A DNA stretch of 64,000 nucleotides, taken from Azolla caroliniana (lineage: Eukaryota > Plantae > Polypodiophyta). The position numbers were made by a program, and so were the translations under genes. Within the stretch, counting starts at the first letter, position 1, and the number at the start of each line of letters is the position of its first letter. The stretch is from contig JBHGNT010000005.1 of the NCBI GenBank assembly GCA_043228905.1, positions 17,732,001 through 17,796,000 on the forward strand. The letters are read 5' to 3'. This document shows positions 43,501 to 56,062 of the stretch, piece by piece. Under the pieces are notes generated by a model that was not told where the DNA came from, made no database searches, and saw nothing but the letters and a program-made list of their open reading frames with translations.

Positions 43501-46500
43501 CGAGCGTCCTATCCTCCATGAAGATAATATCTCGACTTCGGAATACCTTCTTGTCAACCGGGTCCCACACTCGATAGCCGAACTCATCGTCACCGTAACC
43601 GAGGAATATGCATGGTCGGGTCTTTGGTTCTAACTTTCCTCTCCGGTCCTTAGCTACATGCACGTATGGAGACACCCGAACACCTTCAGATGCCGGTAGG
43701 ATACTTCCTTACCGGTCCACACTCTCTGTGGCGTGTCTCCGTCCAAGGGTACTGAGGGTGATCTGTTTATCACGTATGTCACCGTCGACAATGCCTCAGC
43801 CCAAAACTTCTTGGGTAGTTCTGCATGCGCTAGGATGAGAAGTATTTACGGTCCGGGGTAAGGTGGAACGACGCTCCGGAATCAACAACCCACGTTGTCT
43901 CGTCACCGGCAAGGTTCAACTCACTCTCCTCGGTGATGAGCATCAACTCTTCTTCACTTGCCGCGATTGCCGTCGTTCCCTTCCGGTCCGTTCCCCTCCG
44001 ATCTTTACCGTTCCGGTCCGGTGTCCACTTCGAATCGGTACCGTCGGTTTCCTTGTCTTTACGGAAATGCCGACAGTTCTTTTGGAAGTGACCCGGCTTG
44101 CCGCAATAGAAGCAAGTGGGCCTCCCCCTTGATTTTGACCGTGTCCCCGACTTTTCCCGGTTCTGGGGACTACGGTTTCTCTGTCTTCTGCGTTCCGATT
44201 CGGTAATGAGCGCTTTGGAGTCGGAGCTCGTATCTTTATCTTTCTGACGCGCCTCCTCATCTAGCAAGCTCGACTTTACTCTTGCTAGGGATAACCGCTT
44301 TCCTTCCAGCCCGACGTTGCCCAAAGTGACAACCAACGTCTCCCAGCTATCCAGGAGGGAACCGAGCAGGAGTAGCGCTAGTACCTCGTCGGCGAGAGGT
44401 ACTTCCAATGATGTTGCATGGTGTATCAGCCCCTAGAAGGCATTCATGTGCTCCGCCATGCTGGAGCCATCTTGGTACCGGAGTCTTACTAGCTTTCGGA
44501 ATACCGAAACCTGATTAACAGCATTTTTGTTTTGAAACATTATGTCGGTCTTCTCCCAGAGCTCATGAGCCTTGCTCTCTTCATTGAAGTTGTTGTACAG
44601 GCTCATGTCGATGAAGCACCGTATGTACGCCATTGTCTTCATGTGCATCACCTCCCATATCGCAGCGTCGATTTTGTCCGGTCTCTTGTCCCCTAACTGA
44701 ACCGGTAGCCAGAGGTCTTTAACCACGAGCATGTCCCTCATCTTCGACTTCCACACTGAATAGTTGGAGCCGGTGAGCTTGAACATGCGCCAAATGATTC
44801 GTCCATTTTCTGTGTCGTTTCGCTCTGATACCACTTGACGGGAACCCAACGTTCCTTATGCGCAATGCTCGGCCACAACCGAGCGTAGAAGGATACACAG
44901 AAAATGGGAAATAAAAACACGACAAGAAGAAGAAGAGAATACACAGGAGGTTTACGTGGAAAACCCCAAACTGGGGGAAAAACCACGGCAGCCCACAGGC
45001 TGCAAACTGTCACTATGTAGGAATATACAACAGTGAGTTCACAGAGGCACCGACCTCGTGCTCACAAATCTTCGCCACAGGCGGCGGTTACAACAGAGGC
45101 AACGACCTTTTTCTCTCTCTCTCTCTCTCTCTCTGTACAGTTACGCACACTAATCTCGTGCAAAACAGAAAATGACAACAACTACACAAAGGTTTGCCCT
45201 AAGTCATATTTATACTAATATGACTTTTCGGCTATTTACAAATATAGCCTCGATGAACTCTCAGAAAACATATTTACGAATATGTCTCTTCATCAGGTCT
45301 CGGTCGGGTCTATATCATCCGGCTCTCCGTAGCCGGGTACTCCTCATCCGGTCTCGGCCGGGTCTGTATCATCCGGCTCTCCGTAGCCGGGTACTCCTCA
45401 TCCGGTCTCGGCCGAGGCCGAGTTTGTTCATCGACCCTGTTCTTCTCCCTTCCCATCCGGAGGGACCTGTCTCCCAACAAGTCCGGCCCAGGATTAACAT
45501 AGTTTTGGCGACCATGATTCCTGCAGAGCGCAGTGAATATTGGGGCATGGATGACTAGACCGACAAACGACCCAGTCGCCGAACGAGCGAGAAGATTAGC
45601 CGAGAGACTGCTGAGGCGGGAGGAGATCCGGTAGGACCAGACTTTTCCTAGAACGATTCGGCGGGTCACGGAGGTGTCACTCTGGTTGCAGAACCAACAA
45701 TATACCGATGAAGGCAGTAGCCTGAGTAGCTTATTGCAGGCCAAATAGATATTGCACACCCTCGCCACAGGAGCCGGAGAATAAGAAGCCTTTTCCAACT
45801 TTGAGTCGGAATCGGACAGCAAGCATAGCGTGTAGTCGAATTATTGAAGCAGTCACGACACCTCGAACAATCCGACGGAAGACGGTTCAGTGCGCACACC
45901 GACACCGGAAGTAGACACAACATTACCCATACCGCCTGACCACGAAACAAACAAAGACCAACAGTTAGAGGAAAGGGCCGAGCGTGTATCAACACCATCA
46001 CCGGATCAACAATCGGAGAAAAGGAGCGATCGCGTACCAATGCCACCACTGACCCAGAAGTCGGAAAAAGAAGAGGATTGGACACTGACACCACCCCCAA
46101 TACTGCCCTTCGCCGACGACACCATGCCATACCCATACCCGAAGTACCAAGACGAACCGAATGCTAAAGCGCACGTCTATGATTTTCTACAAACATGGGA
46201 AGCAAACCATGTCTTGCACCGGTTCACAAAAGTAGAGGTCAAACGATCCAAGATAGCGGAATTCGGGATGACATTGGAGGGACCAACAACAAAGTGGCAC
46301 AAAAAGCGCCTTCCCGGGATCTTCGCCACATTCGAAGCTTTGTAGGATAAATTCCTACGGTTGTTTCACTGAAAGGTGGAGCAAAGAGAGCTAGTCGTCC
46401 AGTTCTATACGGTCTACCAGGAATCCAATGAGACTGTCTCGCAATCCATGATCCGTTTCTAGACACTGCACAACGAACTGACAAGGGCACCCCCAGAAGA

Positions 46501-47711
46501 TGAGGCAAAAGCGATCTTTCTGGCCGCACTCCAGAACCGCTACGAACGATGCTAACAGTATTCGACTTCCGAACAAGCACCATGGATGAAGTCATCGACC
46601 GGGTGCTAGAAATGGATAAGGCCCAAAATAGCAATCACATGACGATGGGAGCTCTACAATGAGCGCTACCCAAAGAAGAGGACTTACTGTTTCAACAGGC
46701 AGTCCAATGTGCAACGTGCCTCAACTGCGGTCACTCAACGTTGGAATGCACGATGCAGACACAATGCATGTTGTGCCACTCCTGGTCCCATACCATGGAA
46801 CGGTGCGAGTACAACCTGCTCAATCAGCAAGCGGCATCAGTCCGACACATGGAGCCCCGGAGCGAACAACAACCAGAAGAGGGACGGTTCCGGTGGGAAG
46901 AACGATATCGACCGGAACAAAGGGACCAGCACGACGTCAGAAGAAGAGAGGTGCAGATTGCAGAACAACAACCACAGGAGGAGCAGCCACATGAAGTTGG
47001 CGAGGAACAACCAAGAGAAGACGATGCGGACCAGGACAAAGCGGTCGGGTCGGAGCAGCAGGCAAGAATCGGAAAGGGCGTGGATGCTAAAACCGACGCA
47101 AGAACGGAGTTACCTCAACCAAAAGAAGTTGGAAAGCAGCAACAAGAAGAGCAACAACAGAATGAGGACCCACTTGAACCCTTGGACCAGAGCATATTGG
47201 ACATACTCGTCGAGGATTGAAGGGGCTAACCGTGGTTTCGACGTACAATGTACTGTTCCACGGGCATGCCATGTGTTGGCCGAAGGCCGGAGGACAAGTT
47301 GGAAGCGGAAAGTATTAGTTATTAATTACCTAGAATTAAAATACGAACAGATTGATCAAGAAGAGTTGCAATGATCCGGATCCGGACCGATCCCTAGCCG
47401 GTTATCGGTATGGCATCGTTTTGTAATCAGAACCGGATTCCTATAAAAGGATCTGAAGAACGATGTATTAAGGGTGGTGGAATGAATATGAGTAGAATTG
47501 TCTTTGAGAATATTGTGTATCTTCCATTTTGTGCTTATGGTTTTATCTTACGTATGAAACCAATCTGTGTATGTTGTTAATCCGGAACCGACCTGGAAAC
47601 AATCAGATATAATTATAGTTCTGCTAGAAGCATAAACCCCGTAACCACCCTTTGGTGAAGTGATCCGAAAGGGCACCTTGTGTTAGTGGCTAGTCCGACC
47701 CAAGATTAACA
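40516..47711 (+). mobile_element. Non-autonomous gypsy-like LTR element carrying gag only; 5' LTR (40516-40956 plus 45480-45499) split by copia B; 3' LTR 47274-47711
   Basis: LTRs tgttggccg...gattaaca; TSD ccaac/ccaat (1 mismatch); PBS-like tggcgaccatg at 45506; broken gag (IAEFGMTLEGPTTKW, two CCHC-type knuckles near 46715-46810); no pol. Confidence 0.85.
40957..45479 (-). mobile_element. Internally deleted Ty1/copia element (copy B, same lineage as A); LTRs 40957-41600 and 44836-45479
   Basis: Two 644-bp nearly identical LTRs, TSD agtcc, Met PBS, PPT; ~850 bp of protease/integrase missing at ~43830 relative to copy A. Confidence 0.97.
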
Positions 47712-48199
47712 CCAATAACAACACTTTCGAATGGGTAGATATTACATTAATAAGGCTCGTCGATATACAATGTGTGGCCACATTTTCAAAATTCAGCCAC
47801 ATTTACAAAATCTGTTGCATACAAAGATATTAAAATATCCTCCGCATACAAAATTTACAAAATCTACTACATACAAAGTTTACAACATCCTCCACATACA
47901 AAGTTTACAAAATTTGTTTATTGACAAGAGCTCTCGTATACAAAATTTACAAAATCCGCCCACCAGCCCCAATTGGAAATCCCAAAACCTATCGAGTCCA
48001 ACTTGCGACTTGAATTCGAAGGGAATCCATGTCATATTGGGTGAACCACATATTTGTGCCCCTGTGAACAAATATGTATAAGAACAAGATCCAACAAAAT
48101 CCACATGAGACATCCATTTGCAAACCAACTAGACATATTCTAGAGATATCCATCCAAGAATAAACTCCTCAACCAACATTTGTATAGAGAAAGAGCCAC

Positions 48200-51100
48200 T
48201 GTATTTAGCCTCAGTGCTTGACAGAGCCACTGTTGGCTGCTTTTTGCTGCTCCACGCAACAGCCGCACTACCTAGAGAAAACATGTAACCGGAGGTGGAT
48301 CGGCGATCCAATGCATCACCAACCCAGTCGGCATCTGTGTATCCGACTAGCTCTTTAGTTATACCATGACGATATAACAGTCCCCGGTCCTTCGTGCCGC
48401 TATCGTAGTGTATTTCGTACACTACGTGAAAATAATATAAAATAACCGATTGAATAAATATGAAGAAAAAAAAGAAGAAAATATAAAAATAAGCTTTACA
48501 TGCATAGGGCAAGATTCAAACCTTGAACCCCCATGTTAATAATGTAATGTCTTACCATTGCACTAGCATTTCATTAGTGTTAAAAAGTAGATGTCCCACA
48601 TAAAAACATAAGTTCACACTAGGATAAACTTTAGAAAAACGCATGATAAAAGAAAAAGTTGCACATGCACATGCCGCATGTATGAACACTATAGTCAATA
48701 CAAAACGCACAAATTAAAAAAAAAGCATGATCACTTTAGAAAAAGCATGTTAAATAAAGCATATAGTCTATTGATAGGAAAAGCATAAAGTTTAAGCATG
48801 GATTGTGAAGACTCCCTCATCACTATATAAGGATGGGGAGCACAATGTAATAGGGTGTGTGGAATATTTGGAAATTGGATAACTGATGTCGGGTCAGGTG
48901 ATTGTCAAGTATATCAGGCTTCCGACTATTTTTCGGAACCGTTTCTCATCGCAAGCCGGTTCGGAGTTGGGACGGAGCTTCTGGTTCCGGTCCCGGGGTG
49001 TGGAGACAGGTCGACATTCCGTCATGCCGAACTTGTATAGCATATTCAACACATAGTGTCGTTGTGAGAGCAATATGTCGTGGGGGGTTTGGATCACCTC
49101 GATCCCAAGGAAATAATGAAGGTCCCCCAGGTCCTTCATCTCAAATGCGTCTGATAGTTGGGCCTTGACACGACCAATTTCATTGAGTCCGCATCCGGTG
49201 ATGACTAAATCATCTACATAAAGTAAGATGCAAACCGGATCTTGCCGGATGAACAACGATGAGTCGAATTTAGAGGTCACAAACCCCATCATACGCAACC
49301 ACTCCGTGATCTTCGCATTCCAAGCTCGGGGGGCTTGTTTAAGACCGTAAAGCGACTTCTTAAGCCGGCACACCGCTGACTTGTTCATCTCTGACTGAAA
49401 ACTAGGAGGTTGGATCATATAGACCCGTTCTTCAAGGTCACCTTGAAGAAATGCATTCTTCACGTCCATCTAGTGAAGATGCCACCCCCTTGCCACAACA
49501 ACCGCCAATACCACAGGAACCGTCGTCATCTTCGCTACCGGAGCGAAGGTCTCATTGTAGTCGATTCTGTGGGTCTGTGCGTATCCCTTCTCCACTAATC
49601 GGGCCTTGTACCAGTTAACTGAACCGTCGGCATTGTACTTTACCTTGTACACCCATTTGCAACCGATCGGTTTACAGTGTCGGGGAGGGTCAACGAGGTT
49701 CCATGTGTCATTGGCATCGAGTGCCCACATTTCTTCCTCCATAGCAGCACGTCAATTTGCGTCCTTTTCTGCTTCTGCGTAGTTCTCCGGCTCACGCACT
49801 TCCGCCACTTTGGTCATGTACGCATAATGATGCGCCATGTACTCATTGTACCCGTACCGCATAACGGGGTTCTTCTAGCGGGAAGACCGGCATAACTTGT
49901 CATCACCCAGTTTGGGGCCCTTCTTGACCGGTTTGGACTTCGTTTCCGAAGATCCGCCTTCATCCTTTCCAGAGTCGCATTCGCTCAGATCCGACTCAAC
50001 GTTGCCGACTTCGTATTTCGACATTTTCTGCTTCCCTTTCTCTTTGCACGTGAACTGTCTCCTCGGTTCCTTGCGCAGGGAGAGCACGACAGAGTCTCCA
50101 CTACTCGTCGATTCCTCATCCGACTGGTCACTTTGACCCAGTCGCACGTTCCGTCCGCTCAACTGAGACGATTCCGAACTCTCTTCTTGAGTCTCAAGGT
50201 CATCATCTTCTATCTGAACCAGTTCAGGCTCACTGGCCTCATCCTCTGGGATTGGGTCGGAGTCGGAAGTTGGAGTCAGTAGGGAGTACCATGATGTCAT
50301 CTCGTCGAACTCGACATCTCGGCTTACTCGGACCTGCTTAGTCTAGGGGTTATAGCACTTATACCCCTTCTGCTCATACGAGTAACCGACCAAGATGCAC
50401 TTCTCCGACTCCGGATCAAGCTTCCTCTGCTTCTCATCTGGTACATGCACATATGCTCTGCTACCAAATATCCGGAGGTGTCTCAAATTCGGCTTGTGCC
50501 CAAAATACAGCTCGTGTGCTGACACCTTGTAACTGATTCGGTTTTGGATGTAGACGACCGTCCAGACCGCCTCAGCCCAGTAGAATTGGGGCATGATCTT
50601 CTCCTCCAACATTGCCCTCTCTGCGTCGACAATCGACTGGTTCTTCCTCTCGGCCACACCGTTTTGCTCTGGTGTGTATCTATAGCTGAATTCTCTCTTA
50701 ATTCCGTTCTGTTGCAGATAACTGTTGAATTGGCTGGAAAAGTATTATTTTCCGCCATCCGACCACAGGCACTTGATCTTCCTCTCCATTTCCCGTTCAA
50801 CCAAGCTTTGAAGGTTTCAGAAACATTGAAGACTTCGCTCTTCCTCTCAATGAGGTAGATCCACATGTGTCGGCTGTAGTCATCAATGAAGGAGACGAAG
50901 TATCGACTCCTGCCAAGAATAACGTTTTGTGTTGGTTCCCATACATCCGAATGGATTAGGCCGAGCTTGTTACGTTCGGTGGGGAATGGAAGCTGGTGTT
51001 GCATCCCGAGTTGGCAAGCTTCACAAATTTTGGCTTTTCGGCCGCTAAATTTTGGCAAACCAAAAATGACGTGTTTTGATTGCAAGTCTTGAAGCCTCCG

Positions 51101-53742
51101 ATAATTGACATGGCCGATCTGCTTGTGCCAAAGATCTATGTCCAATTCAATTTTCTGTCCTTTGGCAAACAAGGCGGTGCCAATGTCATTTGTGTTGAGG
51201 ATGAACATCCTCCCTTCCCAGCGCCCTTGCGCGATTATCCAGCCTTCTTCCTCGATGAAGCACCCGATGTGCGTAAACCGCACATGCATCCCATGGTCAA
51301 CGATTTGTTCAACCGACACCAAGTTCTTTGTGATAGTCGGAATGTGCAACTGAACTCTCTCCGAATTCCTTATTGCTGCAGATAAGTGTTGAATTGGCCG
51401 GAAAAATATTCTTTTTCGCCATCCGATCGTAGGCACTTGATCTTCCTCTCCGTTTCCCGTTTAACCAGGCTTTGCAGGTTCCGGAAACACTCGAAGACTT
51501 CGCTCTTCCACACAATGAGGTAGATCCATGTATGCCAGTTGTAGTCGTCAATGAAGGAGACGAAGTATCGACTCCTACCAAGACTAACGTTCTGTGCCGG
51601 TCCCCATACATCCGAATGAATAAGGTCGAGCTTGTTACGGCTACGGTTTCGTTCGATGGGGAATGGAAGCCGGTGTTGCTTCCCGAGTTGGCAGGGTTCA
51701 CAAATTTGGGCCTTCCGGCCACTGAACTTCAACAAACCGAAAACAACTTGTTTCGTTTGCAGGTCTTGAAGCCTTCGGTAATTGACGTGGCCGATCCGCT
51801 TATGCCAGAGATCAATATCCGATTCAATCTTCTATCCTTTGGCGAACAAAACGGTGCTGACGTCATTGGTGTCAAGGATGAACATCCTCCCATCTCTGCG
51901 CCCTTGCGCAATAGTCTGGCCCTCTTCCTCGATGAAGCACCCAAGGTGCGTAAACCGCACCTGCATCCCCTGGTCAACGATCTGACCGACTGACACTAGG
52001 TTCTTCATGATAGTTAGAACGTGTAGTATGTTCATCAACTTCCCCCTCTGTCCAACGTGGCTCAAAGGGACTTCTCCGACATGCACGATTGGGTGAGGAG
52101 TGTCGTCTCCGGTTTCGACAATCCCCGGTTGTTCCGGTTGTTCCAAAAAAGAGAACCACTCTTCATGGCTCGTCATGTGGTTGGACGCTCTCCATGAACC
52201 ACTCTTCATGACTCCGGAATCAATGTACCATACTTCCTCCGATTTGGAAGTAATCTTCTTCATTGAGTTAGCCTTGTGCTTCATCATGAAGGTTGGCCCT
52301 TTACATGTCTTCCTGGTTCTGGATCCTTTCGATCCTTCTGCGTAGTGCGAGCATTGCCGGTTTTCCCGGATCCGGATTTGTCCGAATCGGCGCGCTTCTT
52401 CCAGCACTTGCTTTCCCTGTGGCCCTTTTTGCCACAGTACCAGCATTCTGTGTCGGCTTTTCCTTGCTGGCTTCTGGGGTCGCTTTGACTCCCCTTGCTT
52501 GTGGAGGGTCCAGAACTGTTGTCGGCACTACCTTTGTGCCATCAATCCTGCTCTTGTCGGCCGCCTCCATTACGTGCTGACCCACCTTGTCCACCACGTC
52601 CATGGGGCCGATCTGTCTCCGTGTACAGCATCCGGTCGTCCAATTGAGTGGTCCTCGACCCACTCGCATGGTTTTCTTCGATCATCAGCATTGATTGCAA
52701 GTCGAAGAAAGTCGATGGCTTCTCCCGGGTGCAGATTGTTATCCGGATTGGCCCGTACCTTTGCGCTAGACCATCGAGGAAGATTTGTACCATCTCTTCT
52801 TCGTCCACTGTCACGTTGATGGACTTGAGCGTGTCACAAGTCTCCTTTATCTTGGTGGTGTAGTCTGTAACCGAGATGTCCCTTTGTCGGATGTTGTTCA
52901 GCTCTTGCCGTAGCTGCAACTTACGGGTTGTGGTACTCACGGCGAAAATCTTCCTCAGATTTCCCCAAGCCTCCTTCGGAGTTTTTGCATCCTTTATGTA
53001 GCGGAGCATCTGGTTGTGCACATAGGACGTGAGGCAGTACAATACTCGGCTCGCTCCTTGCTCCCATACCGAGAAGTCCTCGTGTGCCAGCTTCGGCACT
53101 ACCTCGTTCCTTCCTTCCACGAAGCTCCAATATCCATGCCCCAACAAGTACTAGTGCATCTTGTATGACCAAGACGCGTAGTTGCTCTAGTCTAGCTTTT
53201 CTGTTGGAAGTGAACTCGCCATTCCTCTGTCCATATCTTTTCTCTGTCTGTTGTTACTGGGTTCTAGGGTTCGTCTACGAAAGCAAGTGTCGGCTACAGA
53301 GGTTCTCAACCCTCGCACTCTAATAACATGTGAATGTTAATGTGCGAAAGAATTAGACAGAACCGGCTTAGCCGAATAGCAATAGAGAATAAGATGAAGG
53401 TTTAATGTATAAGCTTAATACACAAAGAGTATACGCGGGAGAGATAAAGAGAGCAGAACATAAACGTAGATTCAAAATAATAAAAACACTCTGTAACTCT
53501 GTACATACAACGTGCTAAACAACACTATTTATACAAGTCCTCAAAAAGACTGACAGAAGTACTATGTACTTCAATGCTCATACGAGCAATTGACACTAAC
53601 TACAAGACAATGATTACCTAGTAGTCTAGGCTACTACTTGGCTTCCGGTTCGCACTCGAATTCGGCTCTCCGATCCATCTCCCCGATCCGACGGGTTTTT
53701 CTGGATACCAATCCGGATCCGATTGAGCTTGCTTGCTCAACA
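48200..53742 (-). mobile_element. 3'-truncated Ty1/copia element (family C) with 5' LTR ~53330-53742 and an internal duplication
   Basis: gag 53147-52542, protease WYIDSG, integrase LIHSDVWGP, RT LYVDDLV, RNase H WSSKKQPTVALSSTEA. The LTR begins tgttgagc on the minus strand. No 3' LTR. Confidence 0.9.
48400..48875 (-). mobile_element. Non-coding insert in the copia C RT gene, probably a non-autonomous Helitron
   Basis: Subterminal hairpin cgtagtgta-tttcg-tacactacg (~48404-48426), Helitron-like 5' end tccccatccttatatag..gagggag, internal tRNA-like A/B boxes. No CTRR end seen. Confidence 0.45.
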
Positions 53743-53743
53743 A

Positions 53744-55330
53744 TTACATGATGTTGACCCTGCGACATGATCTCATTATTTTCCGTGCTCTAGATATTGT
53801 CCGAATCGTGATGTCTGCAAGACTCCGCAAGGTGCTAGTTGCCTCATTATTTAGTGGATCGCAGAAGACTATTGTGCTGGTTAGCTTAGAAACTTTGTGC
53901 CGCAACTTTGTCCATAGCACCCAATGCTCTGAGACCACAATCGGAATGAAGATGAAGTGATACTCAACCACATGTCCGAGGATGTCTTGCACCTTCACCG
54001 TTTGCTTTTGTAGCTGCACCGAAAGTGGGTCTTCTATAATGAACCTTTCAGACACCTCATGGGGCAAGGAATACTCCATCCACATGGTGAATAATGCCAT
54101 GGTCCACGTGGATGCCAATTCTCTCTCCATGCACATGATTTGGAGATCTGACTCCGCAATGTCAATAGCGAGATCTAGCCTTCGGCAGGCAAGTTGGTAC
54201 CTGTTACAAAAAAAAACAAGCATGCAAATTGAAATGAGCCACACTTCAATCTAAAATTTACAAATTGTAATCCACTAATAAAAAACCTAGCTAACCGCAT
54301 GCCTAGTGTTTGGATCCACAATCGGATGGCCTTGCCGCTTCCAATCTGTATTGTGACTGCATTTGGTGGTTCATCATCTGAATCTAATATTAACATGACA
54401 ACATCAGTTAACGACTGCACCTTCCTTCTTTCTAACTTGCAATTTTGGTCTTCTTTATCTAGGTGATGTGGTCACGTCAGATGGTGGTTGTGTCTCTTCT
54501 ATGGATATCCCTACCTTTTTACATTGTTTTACATCGAATACACACATGTTATGACCAAATCCAAATCGTTATCCCTCATACACTAAAAAAGCATGAAAGT
54601 TTAATACTTACGTAAGACTCCAGTCCGGATGCAATCTTCTTCTTCAACATCTCCATCCGTTCATCTTTTTTGGAGTCATAGATTGCCATCTCATGCTCCA
54701 TAAATCATGCCACAAACTCTACCTTGGTGTCTTGTCTGAGTTCGACAAGAGTAGAGTTGAAGCTAGAAACAACTGTTACCTTCAACTTACAGATGTAAGA
54801 TTGCCGATTTCTATGGTTACATATGATCTCGGGGTCCTTCAAACGCTTTAGCGATCTTTGGTGCTCATAGTTGTTGAAGCATGCCTCCAAAGTACCCTCC
54901 TCTTCTTTTATCCCCATTCCTCTTGGCAACACTATGTCGATGTCGTGTCTCTTTCGTAAGTGCGCTTCGATGTCGCATTTCTTACGATACCATTTTGGTG
55001 ATTTGCGACAACACTTAGCCAAGATACATGTGTGAGCCTTGTTCCCTCGTGCATCTCACCCAACTCTATACAATGAGTTTGGGACCTCACTATCTGGTGT
55101 TGAGAGTATGTGTTAGATTTGTTCGACTATATTTACAAGAAGATCGAGATAACACAATGAAGTACATCCACATACCATTTGGAGGAGCATCTTCCTCAAA
55201 TGATGTCATGCCAAATATGGGGTCAATCCGAGGAGGAGAAACCGCCAGTCCTTGGTTCAACCTCTTTCCACCCTCAAATGTGTCAGGTGCACAATTTCTC
55301 CAATGTCCTCTAACAAAAACCCTTTAACAA
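53744..55330 (-). pseudogene. MULE accessory gene(s): C2H2-type zinc finger exon plus Ulp1/C48-like SUMO protease domain (likely multi-exon); probable C-terminus displaced to ~48200-48129
   Basis: FIFIPIVVSEHWVLW..IVFCDPL matches the Ulp1 His/Asp motif pattern; KCCRKSPKWYRKKCDIEAHLRKRH is C2H2-like; SGSFSIQMLVEEF at 48200 sits where DCGxF would be expected. Confidence 0.6.
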
Positions 55331-55849
55331 ATCATCAGTCAGCATACATGCATCACACATCATTATCACTAGCAATTAAAATTGGTTCATGATAGACCTC
55401 CCTTCTGTTGGATATATGTCACTATTATCGGGATCCAACCACTCTTTGTACTTGGACTCAGCAACCATCTACAAGATCAAGCGAAACCATGAGTCTAAAA
55501 TCAAGCAAAAACATAAATCTAAAATCAAGCAAAAAGCATGAACCTAAAATCAAGCAAAAGCATGAATCTAAAATCCAACAAAAGCTAAACTCTAATTCAA
55601 GTAAAAGAAATCATATATAAATCAAACAAAACCGTAAACATTTTCCTGAACCCTAAACCCTCAACATGAAAAACATGATTTACACCAAGAAATTTAATCA
55701 TAACTCAAGTAAAACCCTAAAAAAACAATAATCAACCATCAAGCAAAACCCTAAACATTTTCCCAATCCTGAAACTTGCGACATGAAAAATGACATTTAC
55801 ACCAACAAACCTAGTAACCATAAATAAACCAAAACCCAACATAATCAAG

Positions 55850-56062
55850 ACAGTAGGTTGGGCAACTAAACTTGGCCACGGAGACACACGGTTGGGCGAC
55901 CACATTTGGTAGGTTGGGCAGCCACGTACATTTGGTAGGTTGGGCATCCACATTACGAAGGTTAGGCGACCACAATAGGTAGGTTGGGTGACAAAAATAG
56001 GTAGTTGGGAGACCTAATAATAGGTTGTGTGACCAAGTTGTCAGGGTTGGGCGACCTTTGAC
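55850..56062 (-). repeat. Right subterminal repeats of the MULE
   Basis: taggttgggcgac-type units, the inverse of those at 29400-29612. Confidence 0.85.

Noticed and set aside
35487-44260. Plus-strand and alternate-frame ORFs over copia A and B
   Set aside because: Shadow ORFs of GC-rich gag-pol.
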